Shown: one piece after another, positions 12,276 through 23,577 of the stretch
Numbering within the stretch: position 1 is the first letter of the stretch
Layout: every line of letters begins with the position of its first letter
From: Callorhinchus milii
Taxonomy: Eukaryota
Direction: 5' to 3'
Assembly: GCF_018977255.1 (NCBI RefSeq)
Contig: NW_024705559.1
Coordinates: 1-34,557, forward strand
Length of the DNA stretch: 34,557 nucleotides
Made by a program: the position numbers and the translations under genes
Notes under the pieces: generated by a model
The model's input: the letters and a program-made list of their open reading frames with translations, nothing else
What the model was told of the DNA's origin: nothing
Databases searched by the model: none

Positions 12276-14725
12276 CGTGTGTGTACAATGGCGATTAAGC
12301 CATGATAATTACATAGCCTTATTCCGTATTAAGAATGGAGATGCTATGGATGCATTAGCACTCATTATCGCGAAGTTCAGACCTTTGTAAATTTACACAC
12401 CATGTCGGTTATAAGGTTTGTTTGATCATACTTCCCCACGCTGGTCGTTACTGGTTGGTGAAGTGGTGGGAGCCAGCACCAGTTCAGATATCACTGATAT
12501 AAGTCATGCCTGAGAAGCACACTCTGGATTTATAGTGCAGTGTGTTAACCATTAGGCCACTATCTTAATTTAATTTCCACGTTTAGCCTGTACTTGTTTG
12601 AAAGTGTGTCAGAAAGATGTTTGAGACTTGGACATTATGCTCATACATAATAGTTGTTATCTGTATATAGACAGGTCCCATTCATAGTCACTGTATGTGA
12701 GATTTCTATTGTGAGCTTAAGGCCTCCTACAGAGATGAATACCGCTCCTTGCCTCTTTGTCCAGAAATATATATTGACTTTAATATACTTGTATAAGCAG
12801 TGTGCCTACATATACTTCGTTTATTCTACTGATCATGTGTGTTTATGCAAAACAATGATGAATGATTCTCTTAAAAGATGAGTGCCTTGCTGCAGAAAGA
12901 TTAATAGTCTGATTTCTCGTTATGTGCTTTAAATACACCATTGCAGTAGATTGCACCGTGGTACAGGCTACATTCAAGCTGGCTGAATGCATTTTCCCGA
13001 TATGTAAGATATCCATAATTAAGAAGCATATCCCTGGAGCCATTCATGGAAGTGGCATCCGAGGATGTAAAATAAATGCGAAAGAACAAACCGTGAAGTG
13101 TGGTTTTAAAGATGATGATTTTCATCTGCTTTCCGAAATAAAAGAGATAAACCATCGACCCACCGCACAGCGGCTGGAAATTAATGTCAGATTCGCATCA
13201 CGCTCGAGCAAACATTTAATAATGGCCTCACGTGCTCGTCACAGTCTTTCTGTTTCTGTTAAACTGCTGGCAGCTTTCCAGGTTACTTTAAAGAGTCTTC
13301 CTTACCTGGTGGCATTTGTTGAGCAACTTTGGCAGGATCGATCGTCTTTGTTCTAGGCGGTTGGCTTCGTGAGGGCTCAGAGGCAGAGATTATGCTCAAG
13401 GCGTGGGGAAAAGTTGGCAACGTCTCCCATGCAAGGCATCTGAAAGCATTTAGTTCGATGTCTTAGAAAAGGCTTATGTCCATTACGGAGATCCTTTGCA
13501 GGCTTCGATCACAACCGCAGTGCCAGAAGACCTCGTGGTGACGTTTAAATGACAAGCGAAGCTGAGAAATCTCGTTGGTAGACCCTTTCTTTTTGAAGTA
13601 TCGAAGCACATTGTGGCCTGATCTGTGTCCTTTTGTGCTCACTTCTGTGGATGTGGCAAAAGCGTACACGCCAGATTAATGCGACGTGGAAGCAAACACG
13701 TATAGTGTTTTTCAGCATGACTTCAATCTCGTTAAAAATAATAAGAATTTCACGATTAAAACAAGTGGAGTGAGACAACAGACATTGATGTATAATTCTA
13801 AAGTGTGTCTGTGAAACATGTGCTTGGAAGGCTTCAATTTTACCATGTGCTTATGAAATATATCCATGTCATTCAGTGTATATATATCATCAGCACACAC
13901 GTATAAACATGTCATCAAGCATTTTCCTTCCACACTTGAGCAGGGTGAACCGATCATCAGTGACAAAATTAGTTTTTTCTATGGATGGCCTGGCCACCAA
14001 CTGCTCTGGCCACCGATGTATACGATCACTGGCCTATCAGTGATTTGAGCATGGAGACACTTGGACTTTAATTTCCCGGAGGGTAAACAACATCAACAGG
14101 GTGGAAGGGTTATACAGTGGGTTAGCACACTGCGCTATACATAGATGCTGTTGCCTCTATGTATATGGGTTTTCCTTATTCCAAATCCAGCTGGCTGGTG
14201 CAGTGGTGAGCATACTTGACCTCAGAATCATAATCTTTATTTAGGCTGGAGAAATCCGATGAGCCATGACGCTCTTTTTTCACAGATGTCTAGTACAAGA
14301 CTTATAATTAGATGGTAGCAAGTTCAAATCACAGATTGGGTTTAACTCTTCCAATAATTCCTTCAGGGTCAATACAATGAGTATCACTTTATGCAATGTC
14401 AACATTGGTGTCCTCTGATGAAAACAGCAAAATTTTGCACTCCCACAGTGCTGATTTGTGTAGGAAAACACTTTAATTTATTTGACTACATAGTATATGT
14501 GAGTCCATGTTTGATTATTTTGTTCTCATTGTTATTAGCGTTAGAAAACACACGACTATACGTGTGTATGTGTGTGCATTTGCCTGCTATGAAGAAGTAC
14601 CATTGCTCAACATGTCATATTTGGTTTTTTTCCTTTTAAGGCAGTGATGTTGACACTTTTGTTCACATTCTTTGGATCTTTCGGTAAAGTCACGTAGATA
14701 GGTTCAAAGAAAATAACAAAAAAAA

Positions 14726-14768
14726 CTACGACGTTTCAATCACAACACAAGCGATCGTCATCAGGAGG
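14726..14768 (-). ncRNA. Minimal type I hammerhead ribozyme motif (PLE type), weak stem I
   Basis: Minus strand CTGATGA-C-GATCGC-TTGTGTT-GTGATT-GAAAC-GTC. Confidence 0.7.
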
Positions 14769-14774
14769 AAAATT

Positions 14775-15155
14775 AACCCGTAAAAACAAAGTTTTTCACT
14801 ATAAATCCTTTATATGCGTGGCGGCTAGAGTCCTCTCGTCCTCTGGCTTGAGATGGCTGCCACCTATGGGTCAGATGATTGCCTGCCACCATTAAGCAAT
14901 TGGTAATTACATTTAATTTTTTTCCCTAAAAAGTGTAAAATTTTGGGGAAAAAATTTCACGAAAATAATTTGTCACATCTAATTTTTCCCTAAAAAGTGT
15001 AAAATTTTGGGAAATAATTTGTCACGCACACGAGTCTGTGTGCAAAATGTCAGCTCGATTGGATCACGGGAAGTGGGTTAAAAAACGACCGAAAGATTTG
15101 AACGGTCGTAAGCGAGCAAGCAAGCAAGCAAGTGAACTTAATATAAAGGATTTAA
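14775..15155 (-). mobile_element. Helentron-like non-autonomous element (HINE/DINE-1 architecture)
   Basis: Subterminal inverted repeats AAATCCTTTATA / TATAAAGGATTT, (CTTG)n microsatellite near the 5' end, terminal stem-loop, inserted in a T-run with no TSD. Confidence 0.65.
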
Positions 15156-15469
15156 AAAGAGGCGGAAAGCTGCTGAGGCAGGCTGTTTTAAAGGTTTAAA
15201 ATGGGTGTAGCCCAAGGGTCATAAACGAAGTGGGCGGGGCTAGTGATGTTAATGTGAGAAATTAGCATGTTAATGCAAGATCGGAGAGCGGCCTCCACGA
15301 GGGCGCGGAGGTGGCCATGTTACTGTGAGAGATGAGCATGTTGATGGCAGATCGCAGAGCAGCAACGTCGAGCTCGGCGAGCGAGGTGGCTGTGTTAGTG
15401 TGGGAAATTTAGAGAGCCGAAAATGACAACTAACATCGGAAGGTGGTAGGATGGGAACATCACAGCCAG

Positions 15470-17030
15470 TTATGACTTAAACTGGTTGATAACGTCCTTC
15501 CAATGATTGCTCAGTTTATACCCATCTTCTCGATTGAAGTTGTGTCTGTGTCTGTATATGTGTGTGGCTTCATGAACGAATCTTTGTTGATAGCCAGTGG
15601 GTTTGCAAAGTACCTTCGTCTTAGAGAAATCAATTTCGTGTGAGCCCACCGCATTAAAACAATGATCAGCCACGGCCGAGGTATTGGTCCTACCGTGTTT
15701 CAGATCTGCCTTATGTTCACGAACACGGTCCGAGACATGTCGCTTAGTTTCCCCAATGTAACTACTGCCGCAGACACAGCTTAGTTTGTAGACGCCGGGG
15801 TATTGCATGTCAGGGATCACATCCTTCACAGATGGGATCAGATCACGAATTTTATGTACTGTGTTAAATCGAACCTGGATCTTGTGTTTGCTCATGATTT
15901 TGGAGATATTTTTGGTGACCCCTGCTATGTATGGCAAGGTGATGGTTTTGATTGGGTCCTCAGATGGTTCTTTCCCAACGGTTGGGGTGATAGCTTTACG
16001 GATTGTGTAGTCTGAATATCCATTCATCTTGAGAGCTTGGTGTACGTGTTCCAGTTCACTGGCTAGGTGATGATGGTCGAAAATACATCGAGCTCTATGG
16101 TGTAGAGTTTTGATGAGGGAATTCTTCTGGGATGGATGGTGGTGGGAGTCAGGTTTTAGATATGCATCCGTATGGGTGGCTTTCCTGTAGACAGTGTCCC
16201 ATTGAGCCATCTGGTCTCCTTTCGATTAAAACATCCAAGAATGGTAGCTTGCCATCCTTTTCCACCTCCATGGTGAATTTGATGGCTTGGTTTATGGAAT
16301 TGATGTGGTTGAGGAATTGGTTCAGAGCTGGTCGGCCATGTGGCCAGATGATGAACGTGTCATCTACGTACCTCTTCCACAAGGACGGACGTAGAGTGGA
16401 TGCCTGGATGGCATCTGTCTCAAATTTTCCATGAAAACATTGGCTACAACTGGAGATAAGGGAGAACCCATTGGGGTACCTTCAACTTGTTTGTAGAAAG
16501 TTCCATTCCAGGTGAAGTAAGTGTTGGTGAGGCAGTGTCTCACCAGGGCCGGTACATCAGCATTCAGTCCTTGTTGGACCAAATCTTCAATGATTGCAAT
16601 GGTGTCAGGCACAGGAACTTTGGTAAACAAAGAGACTTCATCAAAACTAACGAGCAAATCACCTGGAGATAGTGAGATGTCCTTAATTAACGATACCAAG
16701 TGAGCTGAGTTAAATACAGCTGAGGTGGTCTTACCAGTGAATGGTTATAAGGTCTCAGACAAAAATCTGGCCAGTTTGTAGGTGGGTGAGTCAATGGTGG
16801 AGACGATAGAACGAAGGGGTGTACCTTCTTTATGGATTTTTGGTAAGTCATACAATTTGGGTGGTCTAACAGCAGAGGGTTTTAGGATAACCGCTTTGTT
16901 GATTCAATTAAAGATGTCGAATCGGTGATGATGTTGTTGGTTTTCGTAACGAGGCTGTTGGTGGGATCTCTTAAAATTTGTATAGCTACCATCATTAAGT
17001 AGGTCCTGAATTTTATTGTATGTGGTTTTT
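15470..17030 (-). pseudogene. Penelope RT-GIY-YIG ORF remnants with frameshifts and stops
   Basis: Motifs LPKIHKEGTPLRSIVS, LVSFDEVSLFTKVP, GTPMGSPLSPVVAN, WKRYVDDTF, LPFLDVLI, VYRKATHT, and GVYKLSCVCGSSYIGETKR..RVREH..SAVADH..NFNREDG, spread over different frames. Confidence 0.92.
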
Positions 17031-17285
17031 ATATTCTTGGTTCTTTCGGTAAAGTCACGTAGAAGAAAAATAATACAAATTAAACAATTAAATATGTGGT
17101 TTTGTCCATGATTAGTTAGTAATCTCTGTGTTTTGGTCTGATAAGGAAATAAAAAGTGAAGGGAGGTAACCAAGCTGGATATGGGGTGGCAAGGGTATTT
17201 CAGAAACGTGGAGCAGCAGCGCAGAAATCCTTTTCCTTTAGTTTTATCAAATGGTAGATATAAAAAATTATGCAATGGCACTTAC

Positions 17286-17443
17286 CTCTCATGAAGGTGG
17301 AATAGAGTTTGTAGAAGTTGGGGAAATTGCGGAGCAGGAAATCCTCATATCTGGTGTTCGCTTTCTTGGTCTTGGACATGACGGCACTGGCGAGGTCCTT
17401 GTCAGCTGATGTGATGCTCCTCGAAGGCACCGAGAAGCCCGGT
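17286..17443 (-). CDS. LETMD1: LETMD1 homologue, coding exon 2
   Basis: Acceptor TAAGCAG|, donor G|GTAAG. Translates (R)PGFSVPSRSITSADKDLASAVMSKTKKANTRYEDFLLRNFPNFYKLYSTFMR(G), which aligns with recalled vertebrate LETMD1 VVTKTKAINGKYHRFLGRHFPRFYVLYTIFMKG. Confidence 0.85.
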
Positions 17444-18527
17444 CTGCTTAAACATCAACATAATTGTAAATTAATCTGGAGCTGGGAAGACTGGTTCATT
17501 CAGTCAATTAACCGAGTAAAAATTTACTCATTTTTTTCGTGAATTATTTGGACACTTTTTAAAATAGTGGGCTTCCCTGCATTGAAAGCAGGGAAATCCC
17601 TACAAGCCAAGACCAGAGTGACGTGGCCGACGATGTCACAAAGCCCTGCCATCACCTCCTTGTCCAGCAGAACACGTGGAGCAGAGATTTGTTTTCTCAG
17701 ACTACTTTCAAGTTGTCTGATTAGTCGAGTAATCGAACTGATAATTGGCCATTGATTACTTGAATTACAGGAGAGTCCAGCTCTATACAAGTCACACGAT
17801 GAGACACAATCTCCAGATGCAATCCAACATCTGCCCAGGTGTGATGGAGATGGTTGCCACCTGACCTACTTGTGCAGTAATCCACCACTCAAGCCAATAC
17901 ATTTAAACGCAGTTCCATCCGTAGTTGACACCTTGGGGTTGCAAGCCGAGCAGCCGCACACACCTGCACACCGGCACCTTGGGAGGTGGGTTCGTGGATC
18001 ACCCCGAGATCAATTATGTAAGAAGCCCAACCGACTGGGCCGTAAGGTGGCAAGCAGATGCGGTACAGCAAGTAGGATGCTGATCCACGTATATGGATTG
18101 TTGTTTGTGCGTCGTTCCCCAGTACGCGCGTGGGATTTATTGAGTTACTCAGAGTTGCCCTTCCTCGCTATTTAAAGAGTCCAGGTCAGCGAGGGGGCTG
18201 TTGATGACAGCACAGCAAGTAGGTTGATGACCTGATTAGCTTTACGACCGTTTTAGTTTTGAGACCTTTTTATTTGAGTATCAAAAGGGCTGCCGTGCAG
18301 TGACAACTGTACACGATCTATATCCAGTACACATTTAGCCCCGAGATCCGCCGACAGCACAATGGCTCAACTGTACGCGGTATAGGGTGCACAAACAATA
18401 TACATTGCATTTTGACTTAAAACTTTCGCGACTGCAGGAATTCATATTCTTGGTTCTTTCGGGAAAGTGACGTAGATAGAAAAAGTTATAATAAAAATGT
18501 TAATTTGAAAATAATAAAAGCAAAAAA

Positions 18528-18572
18528 CCCACGACGTTTCGATCGCAACACAAACGGTCTTCATCAGGCGGA
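18528..18572 (-). ncRNA. Minimal type I hammerhead ribozyme motif
   Basis: Minus strand CCGC-CTGATGA-A-GACCGT-TTGTGTT-GCGATC-GAAAC-GTC-GTGG. Confidence 0.72.
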
Positions 18573-18717
18573 GAAAGAAGAGAGGGGCAAGCCTCCAAAT
18601 GCGACTGCTAACAAGGGCTTTCAAAGTGGGCAAAGCTGATTTTAAGCTTTCGTGACTACAGGAATCCATTCTCTTTGGTTCTTTCGGTAAAGTCACGTGG
18701 GTAGAAAAAGAATAGAA

Positions 18718-18760
18718 CACGACGTTTCGATCGCGACACAAGCAATCGTCATCAGGTGGG
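18718..18760 (-). ncRNA. Minimal type I hammerhead ribozyme motif
   Basis: Minus strand CAC-CTGATGA-C-GATTGC-TTGTGTC-GCGATC-GAAAC-GTC-GTG, with a fully paired 6-bp stem II. Confidence 0.78.
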
Positions 18761-18803
18761 ACAACCACAGGAGCAGTTTTTTGTTGCTGTGGTTGTGAGC
18801 AAA

Positions 18804-19202
18804 GGGGCCCTCCATAAATGACGTCACGCACCTAGGGGGAGGGGGGCAGACATTTGTGACGATGTGACGATGGGGGGGGGGGTGAGAAATGTGACGTCAC
18901 ATAAAAATGCGCAACTTTAGATATAACTTATCAAATATAAATAAATATCTACTTAATTAAATAGACTTTTAAATAAATGTTTTCTCCTACAGCATCAGAG
19001 TGCAGCGCCACATTAAATACGCACTACAATGACAATAGTTTAAAGCGATTTGAAGCATGTTTCATTTTTTGGAGGGAGGGGGGGCAGAGCTTTGTGACGT
19101 CATATTTGAGGGGGGGGGTCTGACTTTTTGTGACGCAGTGTGACGACGGGAGGGGTGTCATAAATCGTCCAAAATCGCGTGACGTCATTTATGGACGGCC
19201 CC
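18804..19202. mobile_element. PIF/Harbinger-like MITE, copy 1
   Basis: TIRs GGGGCCCTCCATAAATGACGTCACGC / GCGTGACGTCATTTATGGACGGCCCC. Confidence 0.8.
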
Positions 19203-19557
19203 ATAGCCAATTAATAAAGTTGACACGTGAACAAGCATCCCAGTGTATTCTTCAGGACCACTGGCTGGTCTGTCGGAGGGCGATCCACAATCCAGAGTGT
19301 ACAACACACATCTTCATCACGCAAACTTTGATTGAAAAATCTATTATGAATCGTATTGGTCTTGAAATGCCACGTGTTAAATAATAATGTACTTTATGTC
19401 GTACAAGTAAAGCGAGTGCGTTAGACAATGGGGGGAGGGGGCAGAGACAGGGGGGGGGAGATGGGGGGGCTGAAAGGCGACGGGGAGGGAGTTTCGCAAC
19501 ATTCGTGTGACCCACCAACCCTCGCTGCTACATTCACAGCGCTGGATTACAGGCAGC

Positions 19558-20070
19558 CACGTGTGTGTGTGCGATTTGTACCGTACACACTACCACACAC
19601 ACACACGTGGTGTACACACCACGTGTGTGTGTGTGCGCGGTGATTACCATACACACGTGTGTGTGGTGTGTGTGTACCGTACACACTGTACACACACACG
19701 TGTGTGTGTGTGTGGGGTGTGTGTACCGTACACACACCGCACACACGTGTGTGTGGTGTGTGTGTACCGTACACACTGTACACATACACGTGTGTGTGTG
19801 TGTGTGGTATGTGTGTGTACCTACACATTACATACTGCACACACGTGTGTGTGGTGTGTGTGTACCGTACACACAGTACACATACACGTGTGTGTGGTGT
19901 GTGTGTGTGGTGTGTGTGTGTACCGTACACACTGCATACTGCACACACGTGTGTGTGTGGTGTGTGTGTACCGTACACACACACACTGCACACACACGTG
20001 TGTGCAGTGTGTGTGCAGTGTGTGTGTGTACCGTACACACACACACTGCACACTGCACACGCGCGCGCAC
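19558..20070. repeat. Compound (CA)n/(TG)n minisatellite with palindromic CACGTG and GTACCGTAC nodes
   Basis: About 45-60-bp units such as ACACACGTGTGTGTGGTGTGTGTGTACCGTACACAC. Confidence 0.9.
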
Positions 20071-20196
20071 GTGGACGTCTCCAATGGCACCTTGAACTCG
20101 TGGTCACCGCGCGTCGCCTCGCACGGAACCCCTCCTCGAGGCGGTTGTCGCTGCCCCGAGGGAGTCGGGGGGGGGGGGAGGGACACAGCCAGGTAC

Positions 20197-20321
20197 CTGG
20201 GCAGACGAGGGCAGCGCGGCCCGGGCGAGGAGACGAGGAGGAGAGGGAGGAGACGGCGGGGAGAGCAGCGGCAGCAGCCGCCGCCGCGGTGCAGCGCGGA
20301 GCGGGCGGCGTGCGCCGCCAT
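20197..20321 (-). CDS. LETMD1: LETMD1 homologue, coding exon 1 (predicted mitochondrial targeting presequence)
   Basis: ATG at 20321 in GCGATGGCG context. 125 nt encode MAAHAARSALHRGGGCCRCSPRRLLPLLLVSSPGPRCPRLP (Arg/Ser/Leu-rich, no acidic residues) and end AG|GTACC in phase 2, matching the phase-2 start of the exon at 17443. Confidence 0.75.
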
Positions 20322-20420
20322 CGCCTTCCCGGGGGCCGCTTCCGTGTGGGCGATGACGTCACGACGCGCGTGGCCAGACAAAGGCGCAGCCCTGCAATCG
20401 CTCGCTCGGGTGTCCGCTAC
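20322..20420 (-). promoter_or_regulatory. CpG-rich housekeeping-type promoter/5' UTR of LETMD1
   Basis: Full CRE TGACGTCA at 20354-20361, ETS core CGGAAG (minus) at 20339-20344, YY1-like GATGGCGGC over the ATG, high CpG density, no TATA box. Confidence 0.6.
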
Positions 20421-21930
20421 CCCCCCCACCCGCCGTGCCACCCCCACCCACCCACCCGCCGTGCCACCCCACCCACCCACCCACCCGCCGTGCCACCCCC
20501 ACCCACCCACGCCGCCGTGCCACCCCCACCCACCCACCCGCCGTGCCACCCCACCCACCCACCCGCCGTGCCACCCCCACCCACCCCCCCCCCCCCCCCA
20601 CCCGCCGTGCCACCCCCACCCCCCACCCGCCGTGCCACCCCCACCCCCACCCGCCGTGCCACCCCCACCCCCCACCCGCCGTGCCACCCCACCCACCCAC
20701 CCGCCGTGCCACCCCCACCCACCCACCCGCCGCCGTGCCACCCCACCCACCCACCCGCCGTGCCACCCCACCCACCCACCCGCCGTGCCACCCCCACCCA
20801 CCCACCCGCCGTGCCACCCCCACCCACCCACCCGCCGTGCCACCCCACCCCCCACCCGCCGTGCCACCCCACCCCCCACCCGCCGTGCCACCCCACCCCC
20901 CCCACCCGCCGTGCCACCCCCACCCCCCCACCCACCACCCGCCGTGCCACCCCCACCCACCCGCCGTGCCACCCCACCCACCCACCCGCCGTGCCACCCC
21001 CACCCACCCACCGCCGTGCCACCCCACCCCCCACCCGCCGTGCCACCCCCCCCCACCCGCCGTGCCCCCCCCCCCCCCCCCGTGCCACCCCCCCCCCACC
21101 CGCCGTGCCCCCCCCCCCACCCCCGTGCCCCCCACCCACCCACCCGCCGTGCCACCCCCCCACCCCCCGCCGTGCCACCCCCACCCACCGTGCCCCCACC
21201 CCCAACCCACCGTGCCCCCCCCACCCACCGTGCCCCCACCCAACCCACCGTGCCCCACCCCCATGCCCCCGCCATGCCCCACAACCCATGCCCCCCTTCA
21301 TGCCCCCCCCCATGCCCCACCCCATGTCCCACCCCCATGCCCCCTTTCATGCCCCCCCCATGCCCCACCCCCATGCCTTACCCCCATGCCCCACACCCCC
21401 ATGCCCCCCCACCATGCCCCCCTTCATGCCCCCCCATGCCCACCCCCATGCCCCCCCCCCACCATGCCCCCCTCATGCCCCCCCCATGCCCCATGCCCCA
21501 CCCCCATGCCCCACCCCCATGCCCCACCCCCATGCCCCCCCTCATGCCCCCCTCATGCCCCCCCCATGCTCCACCCCCCACCCCATGCCCCCCCCCACCA
21601 TGCCCCCCCTCATGCCCCACCCCCATGCCCCACCCCCATGCCCCGCCATGCCCCACCCCATACCCCCCATGCCCCACAAGCCACAACCCATGCCCCCCTT
21701 CATGCCCTCCCCATGCCCCCCCCCCACGTCCCACCCCCATGCCCCCCACCATGCCCCCCTCATGCCCCACCCCCATGCCCCACCCCCATGCCCCCGCCAT
21801 GCCCCACCCATACCCCCCATGCCCCACAAGCCACAACCCATGCCCCTTTCATGCCCCCCCCCCCACGTCCCACCCCCATGCCCCCGCCATGCTCCCCCCC
21901 CATACCCCCTCATGCCCTAAAACCCATGCC
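20420..21930. repeat. C-rich satellite (CCCACCCGCCGTGCCA grading into CCCCATG)
   Basis: 1.5 kb of C-runs, G-rich on the minus strand. Confidence 0.95.
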
Positions 21931-22329
21931 CCACGGCTATGCGGTTCATGGGGGGTTAATTCGCCAAAGTTAATTGTTCATTGCATCGCAATATATATTA
22001 ACAAGGTTTATATGTACATTGTATATGTTATAGCGGGAAGTACCCGGCGTTGCCCGGGCGAAAATATATTTCAAAACTTCTCTTAAAACCTTACATATAC
22101 ATACACAGATACTAAGCTATTGTGAAAGCCCGGTGGGCCGTTTGTCTATTTCTCCACCAACAAAATTATAAGAGGCTTGCACAAGTCCAAAAAGATATAG
22201 AAAGTGGGGGGTAAATAGTTGATCTAAAAGGTTTCCGAAAATTGTCGACCCCCCCCCCCTCAAAAAATACATTTACCCCCGCGTATGTATATATACCTAC
22301 ACACCCTACATACAACAGAGTAAGTAGTA

Positions 22330-22780
22330 CATATTGACTTTGTAGTTGTATCTACTGACTGTACAGTAGTATCTACTGAGCCAGTAGTAGCTACTGACTG
22401 TTTAGTAGTATTTACTGACAGCAGTAACGAATGACCGTAGTAGTAGTAGTATTTACTGGCCCTACAGTAGTATTTACCGACTCTAAAGTAGAATTTTATA
22501 TCTACGTGACTTTACCGAAAGAACCAAAGAGTATGGATTCCTGCAGTCACGAAAGCTTCAAATCAAGATAGCCACTACTAACTGTATAGTAGTATCTGCT
22601 GACTATAGTAGTATCCACTGACTATAGTAGTAACTACTAACTCTATAGCAGTATCTACTGACTCTAGTAGCTACTGACTGTAGCAGTATTTACTAACTGT
22701 AGTGGTATATACTGACTGTTTTAGTATCTACTAACTCTATATAGCAGTATCTAGCAACTCAATAGCAGTATCTACTATCA
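22330..22780. repeat. Degenerate ~20-bp TAGTATCTACTGAC minisatellite
   Basis: Visible tandem units. Confidence 0.8.
22501..22568 (+). mobile_element. Penelope pLTR 3' fragment (family B)
   Basis: TCTACGTGACTTTACCGAAAGAACCAAAGAGTATGGATTCCTGCAGTCACGAAAGCTTCAAATC inside a simple repeat. Confidence 0.75.
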
Positions 22781-23120
22781 CTACGGCAGTGCATACCGAC
22801 TCTGGTGGTACCTGCTTTAACTTCAGCAGTGCATACCGACTGTGATGGTTCCTGCTATCACTACAGCAGTGCCTACTGACTGTGGTGGTACTTGCTATCA
22901 CTTCAGCAGTGCATACTGACTGTGGTGGCACCTGCTATGACTACAGCAGTGCATACCAAATTTGCTGGTACCTGCTTTAACTACAGCATTGCATACCGAC
23001 TGTGATGGTTCCTGCTATCACTACAGCAGTGCATACCGCTTGTGGTGGTACCTGCTATGATTAGAGCGTTGCATACCGACTGTGGTGGATTCTGCTATCA
23101 CTACAGCAGTGCATACCAAC
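22781..23120. repeat. 40-bp minisatellite, about 8.5 copies
   Basis: Unit CTACAGCAGTGCATACCGACTGTGGTGGTACCTGCTATCA at an exact 40-nt period. Confidence 0.9.
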
Positions 23121-23577
23121 TTTGAAACAAACAGATTGACAAAAAATGTTGCCCTTATTGAGACGGCTGTACACCGTAAGGACCTGAAAACTAAATATCC
23201 CTGTACAAGTGTAATGGTTCGATCGAGGCGCACACACTCGTGTGGAGGCAACACTTTATTTAACACAACTGCAACACAACTGCAACACACCCTACGCATA
23301 AGGTAGTGACCACCGTCCTACTCCCGATCATTGCACGGCCGGACAGTTGTTGGCTGTCTTGGTTGATGCCATCGGTGCAACGCGGTCAGGGTTGTGTCTA
23401 GGCCGGGCTGTACGGCAATGTGCTTGAGAGAGGAGGCGATCCTGTGAGTGTGGACGGCCGGAGTGGTGTAATGGAATAAAAGAAAAGGTGCCTCCTGCAA
23501 CTACCTCGTCTCCGACTGTGTGCTACACACACACACCGAGGAGGACACTAATAGGGCGGTTGTCTTCTTGAATAATA

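Larger units (their letters stand above)
14666..17065 (-). mobile_element. Penelope-like retroelement (Penelope/Poseidon type), 5'-truncated and decayed, interrupted by a Helentron-like insert
   Basis: RT followed by a C-terminal GIY-YIG domain, a 3' UTR, and a hammerhead-containing pseudo-LTR at 14666-14770. A partial pLTR (17031-17065) abuts the truncated 5' end. Confidence 0.9.
18410..18790 (-). mobile_element. Two tandem Penelope pseudo-LTR units (family B)
   Basis: Two copies of hammerhead + T-rich spacer + CTACGTGACTTTACCGAAAGAACCAA..CCTGCAGTCACGAAAG-like block. This is the same unit that flanks the RT-GIY-YIG ORF. Confidence 0.8.

Noticed and set aside
12922..13356. 144-aa plus-strand ORF
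   Set aside because: No recognisable motif, a non-ATG-context start, and AT-rich composition unlike the real exons here.
17840..18360. Possible solo LTR in LETMD1 intron 1
   Set aside because: TATA-like and AATAAA motifs exist on the minus strand, but no convincing TG..CA termini with a TSD were found.
19507..22086. Very long Pro/His-, Gly/Trp- and Cys/Val-rich ORFs (up to 859 aa)
   Set aside because: They are open in nearly all frames only because the CA/TG and C-rich satellites lack stop codons. The only supported coding part is LETMD1 exon 1.
22028..22300. Reverse Helitron 3' end (CCCGGCGTTGCCCGGG hairpin)
   Set aside because: The terminal CTAG is degenerate (ATAG) and no 5' end could be identified.
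22781..23120. CRISPR-like regular repeats
   Set aside because: Contiguous 40-bp tandem units with no unique spacers, no cas genes, and a eukaryotic context.
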